The position numbers and the translations under genes were made by a program. Below, piece after piece: positions 9,581-19,277 of a DNA stretch of 64,000 nucleotides. The stretch is from an uncultured Nitrospiraceae bacterium (GTDB lineage Bacteria > Nitrospirota > Nitrospiria > Nitrospirales > Nitrospiraceae): NCBI GenBank assembly GCA_963846575.1, contig CAWJWJ010000002.1, positions 960,001-1,024,000 of the forward strand, written 5' to 3'. The first letter of the stretch is position 1; each line of letters opens with the position of its first letter. The notes beneath the pieces were generated by a model. That model made no database searches, was not told the DNA's origin, and saw only the letters and a list, made by a program, of their open reading frames with translations.

Positions 9581-11743
9581 ATGAAGGTTTTCAGGCTTAT
9601 TATTACAGGCGAACGATTCATAATTGGTAGACGCCGTGTCGCCCTTCTTACACAGCTGATTTTCGGCTTCACTATCTGTATTCCGTTCCTCGGAATAGCT
9701 GCGCCACCAACCGCAGACGACTCGTCTGTCCGTCAAGAAACTGGAGACTCGTCTGAAGTGATAGTTCTTGAAGAAGTGACGGTCACTGCGACTCGAGAAA
9801 AGCGTAAGACGTTTGATATTCCGCAGGATGTAACAGTTGTAGGACGTGAAGAGATAGAGCGACGAGCACCTACCATTCTGCCCGATCTCTTAGAAGGTGC
9901 GGAAGGCGTGTTCGTACAGCGGACCACCCCCGGTCAAGCAAATCCCATCATCCGAGGACTCGTCGGAAGCTCCGTCCTCACGCTCGTCGATGGCATGCGC
10001 CTCAATACGGCGTTTTTTCGTCCCTCGCCCAATCAATTCGTTGCCTTGGTGGACCCACAAAACGTGGACAGTATTGAAGTCGTCCGGGGATCCGGGTCCA
10101 CACTCTACGGCAGTGATGCGATCGGCGGCGTGATTAATATCCTGACGCCGGTCCCGAGATTCGATTCTAGTGACTGGCAGACTCGAGGGAAAGCCCGGGG
10201 TCAATTCAGCAGCGCTGACTTGGGCTATGTATCTCGCCTCGCCGTCGAGTCTGGGAAAAAAGGGATCGCGTTTAGTACCGGGCTTACCTACCAGGCGGCG
10301 GACGACTTACGGGGGGGCGGTGATATCGGAATTCAACGCCCGTCGGGATTTAGGTCTTATGCGTTTGATAGCAAATTGTTTGTTGAGGGCCATGCGCAAG
10401 ACCTTCTTCTGAACGTCCAGTATCTGCAACAGCCGAAGACCCCGCGTTACGATGAACTGAACCCTGGCTTTGGGCAAACTACGCCGAGTTCGTCGGTGTT
10501 CTTCTTCCAACCCAATGATCGGCTGTTTATCCATGGCCGATATCGCGTTTTCCAGCCCGTGTCGTTTATGGACCGAGCCGAATTCAACGTCGCCCTGCAA
10601 GAGATTCGTGACGATCGGCGTGCTAGAGATTTTGACAGTCCAATCGAGGTGAGAGAGCGGAATAAAAGCCGCATGATTGGCGGCAACTTTCAGTTCACCT
10701 CCGTCTTGCCTGATTGGCTGACGCTCACGTATGGAGGCGAAGCCTATTTGGACACGATCTCAAGTCGTAGCATGGGAAAGGACATCACGAGCGGACAAGC
10801 AGTGGCACAGAGCAGTCGCTTCCCGGATGGGTCGACCCTGAACAGCTTTGGGGCCTATGTCGAAGGGGAGATCACATTACATCCCCGACTCACGGCGGTG
10901 GTGGGAGGACGGCTCAGTTACTTTGAGATCAATATTCCGAAAGCCGACCGCGACGTGGGCGTGCAGTTAAACCCGCTCGCTTCGACGGGTCACGTCGGCC
11001 TGGTGTATCACCTTACCCCCGAAGTCAATCTTGTCACGAATGTCAGCCGGGGATTTCGGGTTCCCAACGTCTTTGATCTGTCTACGTTGGGTTCCCGACC
11101 AGGGAACAGATTTGCGATTCCAAATCCCAACCTGAAGCCAGAGGAGGCGTGGTCCTTTGATGCCGGGACAAAGGTCCGTTTCAACCGCTTTACCGGCGAA
11201 CTCTTCGGCTTCTACACTCTGATCCCCAATCGAATTGAAGGGGAACTGACGGGGGCCACGACTGCAGACGGAAGACAGGTGATTCAAAGCGCCAATCTTA
11301 ACCGGGTCCAACTCACAGGGATCGAGGCAGGCGGCCGGATATATCTGACTGCTGAATTGGAACTCTACGGCAACCTGACTTATACCTATGGGTGGGAAAC
11401 ACTTCCACAAGGTCAGGTTCAGCCCGCCGACCGCATTCCCCCCTTGAATGGCCGCATAGGCTTGCTTTATCGTCCGAGGTCAAACGTGTGGATCGAGCCC
11501 TTCTTTCGCTTTTCCTCGCCGCAAGACCGCTTAAGTACTCGCGACCTGACCGACCCACGCATCAATCCCAATGGGACGGCCGGATGGACCACGGCGAGTC
11601 TCCGCGTGGGGTGGATTCTCTCAAAATACCTGACGCTCCATGGCACGCTGGAGAATATACTCGACCAACCGTATCGTGAGCATGGGTTTGGAATTAGTGC
11701 GCCGGGTACTAATGTGATAGTTGCATTGGAAGGGCGCTTGTAA
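9581..11743 (+). CDS. TonB-dependent outer membrane receptor
   Basis: TonB box region LEEVTVTATR; plug motifs IIRG, LVDG, IEVVRGSGSTLYGSDAIGGVINI; NPNLKPE. Start uncertain. Confidence 0.95.
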   Translation: MKVFRLIITGERFIIGRRRVALLTQLIFGFTICIPFLGIAAPPTADDSSVRQETGDSSEVIVLEEVTVTATREKRKTFDIPQDVTVVGREEIERRAPTILPDLLEGAEGVFVQRTTPGQANPIIRGLVGSSVLTLVDGMRLNTAFFRPSPNQFVALVDPQNVDSIEVVRGSGSTLYGSDAIGGVINILTPVPRFDSSDWQTRGKARGQFSSADLGYVSRLAVESGKKGIAFSTGLTYQAADDLRGGGDIGIQRPSGFRSYAFDSKLFVEGHAQDLLLNVQYLQQPKTPRYDELNPGFGQTTPSSSVFFFQPNDRLFIHGRYRVFQPVSFMDRAEFNVALQEIRDDRRARDFDSPIEVRERNKSRMIGGNFQFTSVLPDWLTLTYGGEAYLDTISSRSMGKDITSGQAVAQSSRFPDGSTLNSFGAYVEGEITLHPRLTAVVGGRLSYFEINIPKADRDVGVQLNPLASTGHVGLVYHLTPEVNLVTNVSRGFRVPNVFDLSTLGSRPGNRFAIPNPNLKPEEAWSFDAGTKVRFNRFTGELFGFYTLIPNRIEGELTGATTADGRQVIQSANLNRVQLTGIEAGGRIYLTAELELYGNLTYTYGWETLPQGQVQPADRIPPLNGRIGLLYRPRSNVWIEPFFRFSSPQDRLSTRDLTDPRINPNGTAGWTTASLRVGWILSKYLTLHGTLENILDQPYREHGFGISAPGTNVIVALEGRL

Positions 11744-11927
11744 CGAATAACGCATTCAGAACCTCCTTATGAAGGATCGGGATAAAATCCAGCGAAGGAG
11801 GCCAATCTTCTTCTGTTGGTTCCGAGGCTCTGTGCGGTGGCCTAGGCGGAATAGATATGAATTGTACAGAGTATAAAACCAAACCATCTAAAAGTCCGGG
11901 GAAACGCACAGGAGGAAGGAGCAGTTT

Positions 11928-12878
11928 ATGGCAAAAAGAACTAAATTTATTAGCCGGGCGCTGGCGTTAGGCCGTGCGAAAGGCAATGAAATTGTCCAAT
12001 TTCGCGTCAAGGCATTAAAGAGTAGAACAGAAGCGCTAGCGAGACGTGCAGCTCCGCCTCAGAAATTAAAAAGTACCCCCCGCCCGAATATAGCAAAAAC
12101 TGTAATGGCGTCGGTGGGGTCTTCTGGTGTGTTAGTGGCGGAAGGAGATTCATGGTTTGACTACCCTTGGACCGACATACTCAGACTCCTGGAAGATACA
12201 CATGGCTATGATGTTGAATCGGTATCGCATAAAGGCGATCGTGTTGAAGAGATGGCTTACTCAGGAGGACAACTAGAGGAACTTTCTCGACGATTGGAAA
12301 AACTGCTCAGGAACGGATTAATGCCAAAAGCTATTCTCTTGTCCGGCGGAGGGAATGACATAGCAGGGCCAGAATTCGGGACTCTCCTCAATCATGCAGC
12401 ATCCGCGGACCCGGGACTTAATGAGCAAGTTGTTTCTGGTTTGATTGATGAAAGAATACGGTTCGCTTTCATCACAATATTGGCTGCAATTACTCAAATC
12501 TGCCAAAAATGGCTACAGCGTCCACTTCCAATTATCACCCATGGCTATGATTATCCTGTCCCAGACGGCCGCGGCTTTCTGGGTGGATGGTGGTTTCTTC
12601 CCGGGCCGTGGCTCGAGCCAGGATTTAGGGAAAAGGGGTTTGAGGATATTGCCATTCGAAAAACTATTGCGAGACAACTCATTGACCGATTCAACAAAAT
12701 GATGGCCGAGGTGGCCAAGCTACCCGACTTTAATCATGTGACGTATCTCGACTTGAGAGCGACTCTCTCCTCTGGAGCTGACTACAAGAAATCCTGGGAA
12801 AATGAGCTGCACCCAACCATTAGAGGCTTTGAGACCGTTACAGGTCGTTTTGTACATCTGTTAGATCGTCTTCCGTGA
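11928..12878 (+). CDS. SGNH/GDSL hydrolase
   Basis: Block I VAEGDSWF, block III LSGGGND, block V NELHP; RBS AGGAG; no signal peptide. Confidence 0.88.
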   Translation: MAKRTKFISRALALGRAKGNEIVQFRVKALKSRTEALARRAAPPQKLKSTPRPNIAKTVMASVGSSGVLVAEGDSWFDYPWTDILRLLEDTHGYDVESVSHKGDRVEEMAYSGGQLEELSRRLEKLLRNGLMPKAILLSGGGNDIAGPEFGTLLNHAASADPGLNEQVVSGLIDERIRFAFITILAAITQICQKWLQRPLPIITHGYDYPVPDGRGFLGGWWFLPGPWLEPGFREKGFEDIAIRKTIARQLIDRFNKMMAEVAKLPDFNHVTYLDLRATLSSGADYKKSWENELHPTIRGFETVTGRFVHLLDRLP

Positions 12879-13109
12879 TCTTTTTGTGTACGGCGTGCGT
12901 TGGCATTTCACTCGGAAAGTGGTCTAGTGGATCGACTGTTAATAAAACTACCTTCGCTCCTCCTGACGAACGGTACATTAAGAAACGGCTGCGCAAACAC
13001 ATATCGTTGAGAGAAAGGCTGCTGGATGGCAACCGCACGAAGAACAGTATTAAGACGACTACCAAGTGTTCCTTGATTACTGATGCTTTGCCACCGTTTC
13101 ACTAACTAA

Positions 13110-14486
13110 CAGGCTGTTGACAAACTCGCCGTTTGAAACAGTTTCATTGGCACGGCTGTACTCACTCAGGTCTCTGTGTGGCGATTGGTCTGTCTGCTCT
13201 GGAGTGTGAGCCGGCCATTTTCTGTTCTCTCCTCCTTCCCGCATAGCCCCGGCCCCTGGGGCTCCATTAGGCCGGTGCCTGGGGTACGCTCGCCGAGCCG
13301 TTTCAGATTCAGCAGCCAGCCCATGAGATAGGCTTCGTCTCGGACCTGCAAGAGCCCGCGCCGTTGCAAGCGCCGGAAGCCGTGCCAGCATTTCGCCTCG
13401 CCCCAGAGTTCTTCGATCTTCTTCCGCGCCCGCTGCGAGGGGCGGTAGCCTACCGTCCGGCTCAGTCGACGCACCCGCTGATGCACGGCCTCCCGTCCGG
13501 TGGTTTTGGCCGCAATGTGCGGCCGGATCCGCCGTCGCACAAGAGCCCTCAGGAATGGCTTGGCAAAATACCCCTTGTCCGCGCCCACGGTCTGAATCCG
13601 AAGATCGTGCGTCGCATGAAACCGATCGATCAACGTTCGCCCGCCGTCCGTCTCTGAGGCCGGCCCTCGAAACGGCTCCATATGGATCCCCACTGACAGC
13701 CGATGCCGATTTTCAATCAGGCCGTTCACGGTGTCGCCGACCATGGCCGCGGTCCCATTGCCTTTGTTGGCCAACTTGGCATCGGGATCCGTCGTGGAGA
13801 CATGCGTCTGGTTCGAGCGCCGTTCCCCACGAAACGTGACCGTGGGATTCCCCGAATCCTGGTCCGGCTCCGACCTCGCATCGAGGGATCGAATCCGCTT
13901 CTTGTAGTCCTCTGGCTTCAGAAATACTTCCATCGGAACAAAGCTCTTGTGCGAGGCATTGGCCTGTACCAGCGTCCCATCGAGCGTCGTTTGATGCGAC
14001 ACCAGCTTCTGCTTGATCGCCAAGGCGACCGTCTCATCAAACAACCGTTCGAGCAGCCCACTCTCGGTAAAGCGCCGCTTCCGATTCTGTGAGAACGTCG
14101 AGTGATCCCACGGCATCTGATCTAAATCCAAGCCCACAAACCAGCGGAGAACCAGGTTCCCGGTCAGTTCGCGCACCAAGGCCCGTTCCGAGGTCACGCC
14201 CAGCAGATACCCGCCCAAGAGAGCTAGGAATAGTTGCTCGGGCGGAATGGACGGGCGACCGGTCTCGGCATACAGCGGCTCGCAGAGCTGCCGGATTCGC
14301 GCCGTGTCGATCAACGGGCGGATCTTCCGCATCGGATGATCGGCGGTCACATACTGCTCTATTTTGATGTGATAGAACATCGACGGCTGCGGATCGGCTG
14401 TGCCCATTATAGGGAAGGGTCCTCCTGATGGAGAATCCTCTTATCATATCTTTCGCGAATGAGGGGGAGGGTTTGTCAACAGCCTG
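13110..14486 (-). mobile_element. IS5-family element, complete (1377 bp)
   Basis: Perfect 16-bp IRs CAGGCTGTTGACAAAC (13110-13125 and 14471-14486) flanked by a CTAA target duplication (13106-13109, 14487-14490). Confidence 0.93.
13166..14407 (-). CDS. IS5/IS1182-like DDE transposase
   Basis: GRPSIPPE, DHSTFS, LDGT, GADKGY, KKIEE motifs. The C-terminal tail is probably extended by a 1-nt insertion near 13295 (the remnant copy ends ..APA*). Confidence 0.92.
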   Translation of the reverse strand: MGTADPQPSMFYHIKIEQYVTADHPMRKIRPLIDTARIRQLCEPLYAETGRPSIPPEQLFLALLGGYLLGVTSERALVRELTGNLVLRWFVGLDLDQMPWDHSTFSQNRKRRFTESGLLERLFDETVALAIKQKLVSHQTTLDGTLVQANASHKSFVPMEVFLKPEDYKKRIRSLDARSEPDQDSGNPTVTFRGERRSNQTHVSTTDPDAKLANKGNGTAAMVGDTVNGLIENRHRLSVGIHMEPFRGPASETDGGRTLIDRFHATHDLRIQTVGADKGYFAKPFLRALVRRRIRPHIAAKTTGREAVHQRVRRLSRTVGYRPSQRARKKIEELWGEAKCWHGFRRLQRRGLLQVRDEAYLMGWLLNLKRLGERTPGTGLMEPQGPGLCGKEERTENGRLTLQSRQTNRHTET

Positions 14487-14775
14487 CTAAGCGGCTTCTA
14501 CAGACCCTTTGAATGGAACTCCCCACGGACTTATAGCTGTTATGCAAAGGCCATCCAATCCCGTTGGGGATTTGAACCGGTGTGCCATTCGTTAGCTTAT
14601 GTATCGCTAGAGTCCTGATCTGCTACCACGCTGCTACCCGGACAGGGCAAATCATCACCAACATGGGCTACGTCAATAGCAGCCTATTTGTAGTTTCTTG
14701 TGTGGCTCGGTCGTCTGAGGTAGGACTATCCGAAATTCGTAAACCGCAGGTCGGCTGGAGTCGTAAGCTCCCCCG

Positions 14776-15639
14776 TCAAGGAGACAGTTTCATGGGAGAA
14801 TTTCTGGCTTCCACTTGGGCCCGATACGTGGCGGGCGGCAGGCCCGCCAACGCGTCATGGGGCCGCTCTTCATTGTAACTCTGCAACCATTCGGCACTGA
14901 TCTCTCGCACCTGATCCAACGACTCGAACACATAGGCATTGAGCACTTCGGTCCGATAGGTTCGGTTATACCGCTCAATCAAGGCATTCTGATCCGGCTT
15001 GCCCGGTTGGATGTGCCACAGCTGAATCGCCCGTTCCGCACACCAGGTGATGAACCGGTCGGCGAGGAATTCTGGGCCATTATCGAGCCGAATCGCTTGC
15101 GGCTGGCCCCGCCAGCTCACGACTTGCTCCAGCACGCGAATCACGCGTTCAGCCGGGAGCGACGTATCGATCTCAATCGCCAAGCCTTCCCGCACGCCTT
15201 CATCCAGCAGGTTCAGCGTCCGGAATCGTCGGCCGCCGTACAGAGTGTCACTCATGAAGTCCACGGCCCACACGGCGTTCGGGTACGGAATCACGCCCAA
15301 CGGCTGTCGCAGACGAGCTGAGAGCCGCTTCTTCGTCCGACGGGGGAGATTCAAGCGGAGCTGGCAGTACACCCGCCAGAGACGCTTGTGATTCCACGGA
15401 TGTCCATCCAATCGGAGTCGCCCCCAACACTTCCAAAAGCCCCAGCGACTCTTCGCCGCGACGAGCGTCGTCAACGCCTCGATGACCGGCGCATCCCGCC
15501 GAGCCCAGTCCATGAGTGGTCGGTAGTACGTCGCCCGTCCCAAACCCACTGCGCGACAAGCCCGCTGAACCGGGAGACCGTGTACGGTCACGAGATGCGT
15601 GACAACCTCCCGACGTTCAGCGGGCTTCAGAGCTTTTTT
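14776..15639 (-). CDS. IS3 transposase OrfB (reached by -1 frameshift)
   Basis: WAVDF, DNGPEF and NALIERYN DDE motifs. Confidence 0.93.
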   Translation of the reverse strand, partial: KKALKPAERREVVTHLVTVHGLPVQRACRAVGLGRATYYRPLMDWARRDAPVIEALTTLVAAKSRWGFWKCWGRLRLDGHPWNHKRLWRVYCQLRLNLPRRTKKRLSARLRQPLGVIPYPNAVWAVDFMSDTLYGGRRFRTLNLLDEGVREGLAIEIDTSLPAERVIRVLEQVVSWRGQPQAIRLDNGPEFLADRFITWCAERAIQLWHIQPGKPDQNALIERYNRTYRTEVLNAYVFESLDQVREISAEWLQSYNEERPHDALAGLPPATYRAQVEARNSPMKLSP

Positions 15640-15893
15640 GCGATGACATCTTTCAGCGCCGCATTCTCGAGCGAGAGATCGGCATACATCCGCTTGAGGC
15701 GGTTGTTTTCGTGTTCCAATTCCTTCAGTCGCTTCACATCCGAGGCTTCCAGCCCGCCGTACTTGGATTTCCACTTGTAGTACGTCGCGGAACTGATGCC
15801 GTGCTGCCGCCACAACTCATTGACCGGGCGCCCGGCATCGGCTTCTTTCAGGATCGACACGATTTGTGTTTCGGTGAACTTCGACTGGCGCAT
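15627..15893 (-). CDS. IS3 transposase OrfA
   Basis: 88-aa HTH plus leucine zipper (FTETQIVSILKE...ATYYKWKSKYGG...LEHENNRLKR). Confidence 0.93.
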   Translation of the reverse strand: MRQSKFTETQIVSILKEADAGRPVNELWRQHGISSATYYKWKSKYGGLEASDVKRLKELEHENNRLKRMYADLSLENAALKDVIAKKL

Positions 15894-16417
15894 GGGAACC
15901 TCCTGGCTAGGGTGACGATTGTGCCAGAATGTTCTCCTTATGGCTGTCTCAATCTAAGGGGAGCTTACGGATAGACGCGATGAGGAAAGAAAGCCCAATA
16001 GGCTTATAGCTGCCCCACCCGAAGGCAACATAGGGTAGGGCCATCGCCTGGGCCAATTTATGGTTGAGCGTACACCAGAGAGCCTGTGGAAGGCAGAAGC
16101 AAGTTCCTTCAGATTGAGCCAGTGACGGTGTAAGCTGCGGGGCTACAGTCAAGTTTCAATGGTGAAGTAACCAGTTGCCACCCAGTGCCCAGATCTAGTC
16201 TTCACACGCGATTAACGCCGGTTGAGGTATCTTGGCGCCTCAAGTGATCGAAGTGAGGCGGACTAGAAGGTAATTACTTTAGTACTATTATGTTTCCCCC
16301 TAAGAATATATAAACCTCTCTCACTTCCCTCACTTCTCACCCTTAATGTTTAAACTAGGGACAAAGCACTTTTCTCATAAAGTCGATGGTTCGGAAGCGC
16401 ATCCTTCTCGAAGGATT

Positions 16418-17767
16418 CTATTGGCACTTATCCCAAGGCTCACGAATGAAATACAACGCTTCGCGCCCGTGAATTTCGACGCCATCTTTAGCCCATGTGC
16501 CCCAGCGAGTAAAGTACTTCTTTTCACCGTCCTTCTGCACGGCCACTGTAAAGTCTTTTCGCAGCTCCCTGTAGCAGCCCTCTAAATGCGTCAATGTTAC
16601 GTCCACTTGAGATTTACCTCTTTCAAATTTTCCACCTGCCTTATTGATGAGGACGAAGCCTTCATTTCCTCGTTCCATCATCAGAATCGTTGGCTCATCT
16701 ATGACGGCTAATACGTTCTCAGCGACATTGCCGCCGCCGTTCTTTCGCTGAGCCATTACCTGACGAAACTTGACCCCATAAGAGATATAGGCAACATCGT
16801 AATTGTCCCAATTAAAAACTAAAGGGGTACCACTCTCTCGCGCCAAGATGTATGCCGTAGCGAGATAGCTATCTGAGGGTTCGGCGTATGGGTTAATCGC
16901 TTTATCGTTTAGTTGGCTAATGGTGTCGTGATTGCGACCGAAGGTGACGCTTCGAGAATCGTTCACAGCATGCGGGAGTCGAAGTGACCGTAGATCGCCT
17001 CCGTAACTGAACGCCTTCTTCATTGAATCATAGAGGACAAAGTCCGTTGTGGCGGCAACTCCTGAGTAATGTTCGGCCTGAGTGTCGTGATCTGAAATGA
17101 CCTCTAGGTAGTTCCAGGTTTTGTTATGGCTGTTTTCATTAATATAGCCTATGTACTCCTGAACCGTTTCAATAGACATATGTTTGGCTGCGTCGAGTCT
17201 AAAGCCGTCAATCCCCAGATCCAGAAGTTTTTGCAGGTGAGCCTTGTGAATCGTCTTCACATTCGCCTGGGTTTGATCAAGATCAGGCAGATCGCCTAGC
17301 CAACAATTGACTTCAGTGTTCCGGTTACCGTCGTCATACCCAATCCCGCAACGATCATGAAAATCGGCTGGTGAAAACTGTGGATAGTGTAAGTCCTTGT
17401 ACTCATCCATGTTAGCCATGTGATTCAGCACGACATCGGCTATTACTCGGATCTTGCATCCATGCGCGATTGAAATCAGATCTTTAAGGTCCTGCTCTGA
17501 GCCCCGACCTTCAATCACGGCATAATCGACAGGCTGGTACCGCGCCCACCATCGGGAATCTGGATTTGATTTCTGCACTGGGGCTATTTGGACATGCGAA
17601 TAGCCTTGCTGCTCAAGTTTACAGACGAATTGTTTTACGTCGCTGTAGCTCTGGTCGAAGGCATGGAAGATTGCACGTGGTTGTTCGCCGATCGCTGGGA
17701 CGACGAATCCGCTCAGCCACGCAAAGCACGCGAGCAAGACGGACAGAGGTCGCGGTATCAACTTCAT
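16418..17767 (-). CDS. Secreted alpha-amylase (GH13)
   Basis: WWARYQP, DVVLNH, GFRLDAAKH, YLEVI and NHD catalytic motifs. Start placed at MKLIPR (signal peptide, RBS AAGGA). Confidence 0.92.
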   Translation of the reverse strand: MKLIPRPLSVLLACFAWLSGFVVPAIGEQPRAIFHAFDQSYSDVKQFVCKLEQQGYSHVQIAPVQKSNPDSRWWARYQPVDYAVIEGRGSEQDLKDLISIAHGCKIRVIADVVLNHMANMDEYKDLHYPQFSPADFHDRCGIGYDDGNRNTEVNCWLGDLPDLDQTQANVKTIHKAHLQKLLDLGIDGFRLDAAKHMSIETVQEYIGYINENSHNKTWNYLEVISDHDTQAEHYSGVAATTDFVLYDSMKKAFSYGGDLRSLRLPHAVNDSRSVTFGRNHDTISQLNDKAINPYAEPSDSYLATAYILARESGTPLVFNWDNYDVAYISYGVKFRQVMAQRKNGGGNVAENVLAVIDEPTILMMERGNEGFVLINKAGGKFERGKSQVDVTLTHLEGCYRELRKDFTVAVQKDGEKKYFTRWGTWAKDGVEIHGREALYFIREPWDKCQ

Positions 17768-17809
17768 GCTGTGTCCTTTCATGGAAAGCCCGCTTTTGTC
17801 ACAACACAC

Positions 17810-17824
17810 GCAACAAGCACACCA
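17810..17824 (-). promoter_or_regulatory. sigma54 promoter for the amylase
   Basis: Minus strand TGGTGTGCTTGTTGC (GG-N10-GC), ~43 bp upstream of the ATG. Confidence 0.65.
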
Positions 17825-17913
17825 GATCCTAAGCGCATGAAGGCTATGAAATACTTTCGAGCTTAATCTTTCGATACAACAAAGTGAGGGTATTCCGAAA
17901 TCCAATTGGCCGC

Positions 17914-17950
17914 GTATCCATTTGGATACTCCTTGCATCTGAAAGGATAC
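17914..17950. promoter_or_regulatory. Paired palindromic activator (UAS-like) sites
   Basis: GTATC-CATTTG-GATAC (17914-17929) and GCATC-TGAAAG-GATAC (17935-17950), starts 21 bp apart. Confidence 0.68.
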
Positions 17951-18012
17951 AGAAAAACCTACCTAGTCCTATCCCGCTAACTTTTGAGCAATGAAAATAA
18001 TACTTATGTGGT

Positions 18013-18028
18013 TGGAATAGTACATGCA
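18013..18028 (+). promoter_or_regulatory. sigma54 promoter for 18061->
   Basis: TGGAATAGTACATGCA (GG-N10-GC). Confidence 0.7.
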
Positions 18029-18060
18029 TTACGAATGTGCGCGTGACAATTTAAGTGAGG

Positions 18061-19077
18061 ATGAAGATGGTCAGAAAAGTCCTCCTTTGTCTTGTAACAG
18101 CAGTGCTGATCCTTAGCCGAAACGCCGAGGCTACCCTAAGTGTTGAGGTGCAGAGAATATGGCAGGAAGCGACCCTAGTAGAGAACGAGCACAAGAAATT
18201 GATTGTTGAGAAGAAGAAGTTGGCTGAATTGATGGCTGCGCTCAAAGATAAAACCTTCAAGGAGGAAGACCGCAAGAAATTAGAAACCCAACAAGCACTG
18301 GTTGATGCTCAGAATCGCAATCTTGAAGCAGTAATAGACGCTACCTCACTGAAGGGGCCGACAGAGACTGCAATTATAAACGCCATATCAATAGTAAATA
18401 AGAAATCAAAGTTGGACGAGCTGGGTACACAAATGTTGACGCATCCGAAAGAAACACAGGCTGTGTTAGCTAAAACCATAGAAGGCATGGAAGCAGACTT
18501 AACTACATCAGCCGTGAATGCGACAAAGCTGAATGAACGCGAACGAATAGATAAAGAGGCCGACACACGCTTCGCGGGATTTGGTTTCGGCGTAGCCATT
18601 GGCCTTACAGTAAAGGCAGGAAATAGGGACCTCGTGCAATCTGCCACGCTGGATGCCAACAAAATAGTCCGAGTCGAGCGTGACAACAACTCAAGAGCCA
18701 ATTTTCTATTGGAAACCCATTATCTCTTTACACCGAATGCTCCCTTTCTTCCATGGATTCCATTTTTCAATGTAGAGGCTAAACAGTGGGGGCATGGGCC
18801 CTTCGTCGCGGTGCAGCCAGGCACAGACAATATTATTGAATCGGTAGGAATAGGATGGATGCTCGGATTTAAACGTTCTCGCATCCTTGCGACAGATACA
18901 GCCCGTCAACGAGGGGATAGCTTCAATCTCGGAGCGGGGGTACTGGTCAATCCTAACGCTCAAGTTCTTGGCGATGGCGTGGTAAAGAACCAGCCGCTAC
19001 CCAGCAATGAGACAGATGTACGTTTGAAAAAGACGACTGAAATTGGTTGGCTTGTCGTCTTCTCCTATTCTTTTTGA
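18061..19077 (+). CDS. Secreted coiled-coil protein with C-terminal beta-barrel-like domain
   Basis: Signal peptide (AEA), helical N-half, amphipathic beta strands, C-terminal ...WLVVFSYSF barrel-type signature. Confidence 0.78.
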   Translation: MKMVRKVLLCLVTAVLILSRNAEATLSVEVQRIWQEATLVENEHKKLIVEKKKLAELMAALKDKTFKEEDRKKLETQQALVDAQNRNLEAVIDATSLKGPTETAIINAISIVNKKSKLDELGTQMLTHPKETQAVLAKTIEGMEADLTTSAVNATKLNERERIDKEADTRFAGFGFGVAIGLTVKAGNRDLVQSATLDANKIVRVERDNNSRANFLLETHYLFTPNAPFLPWIPFFNVEAKQWGHGPFVAVQPGTDNIIESVGIGWMLGFKRSRILATDTARQRGDSFNLGAGVLVNPNAQVLGDGVVKNQPLPSNETDVRLKKTTEIGWLVVFSYSF

Positions 19078-19277
19078 AGCTAGGTTATTGGGAATGGTGC
19101 CACATGACTGAAGCGCCAAAGTTGGCTTTCATGTGCGCTTACTGCGCGCGTGCCGTTTAAAAAAGCAGGAGTTAAGCACTCGTATCAAGGAGTGATGAGC
19201 GAACGAAAATGCGTAAGTTAATAGGCCGCGTACCGCCGGTACAGAATTTGTATTGAACAGCGTGGATCATCGACTGC

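Larger units (their letters stand above)
14762..15969 (-). mobile_element. IS3-family element, complete (1208 bp)
   Basis: IRs CGTAAGCTCCCC at both ends; orfA/orfB with AAAAAAG slippery site at 15633-15639; no target duplication visible. Confidence 0.95.

Noticed and set aside
11847..11862. sigma54-like CGGAATAGATATGAA before the SGNH gene
   Set aside because: Shares GGAATAGATAT with the 4853 promoter but lacks GC at the required spacing and has no paired sites; at best degenerate.
14559..14580. tRNA 3'-end-like GGTTCAAATCCCC (minus strand) as a second att site
   Set aside because: The T-stem does not pair properly and it is not complementary to the GGCGGTG acceptor strand.
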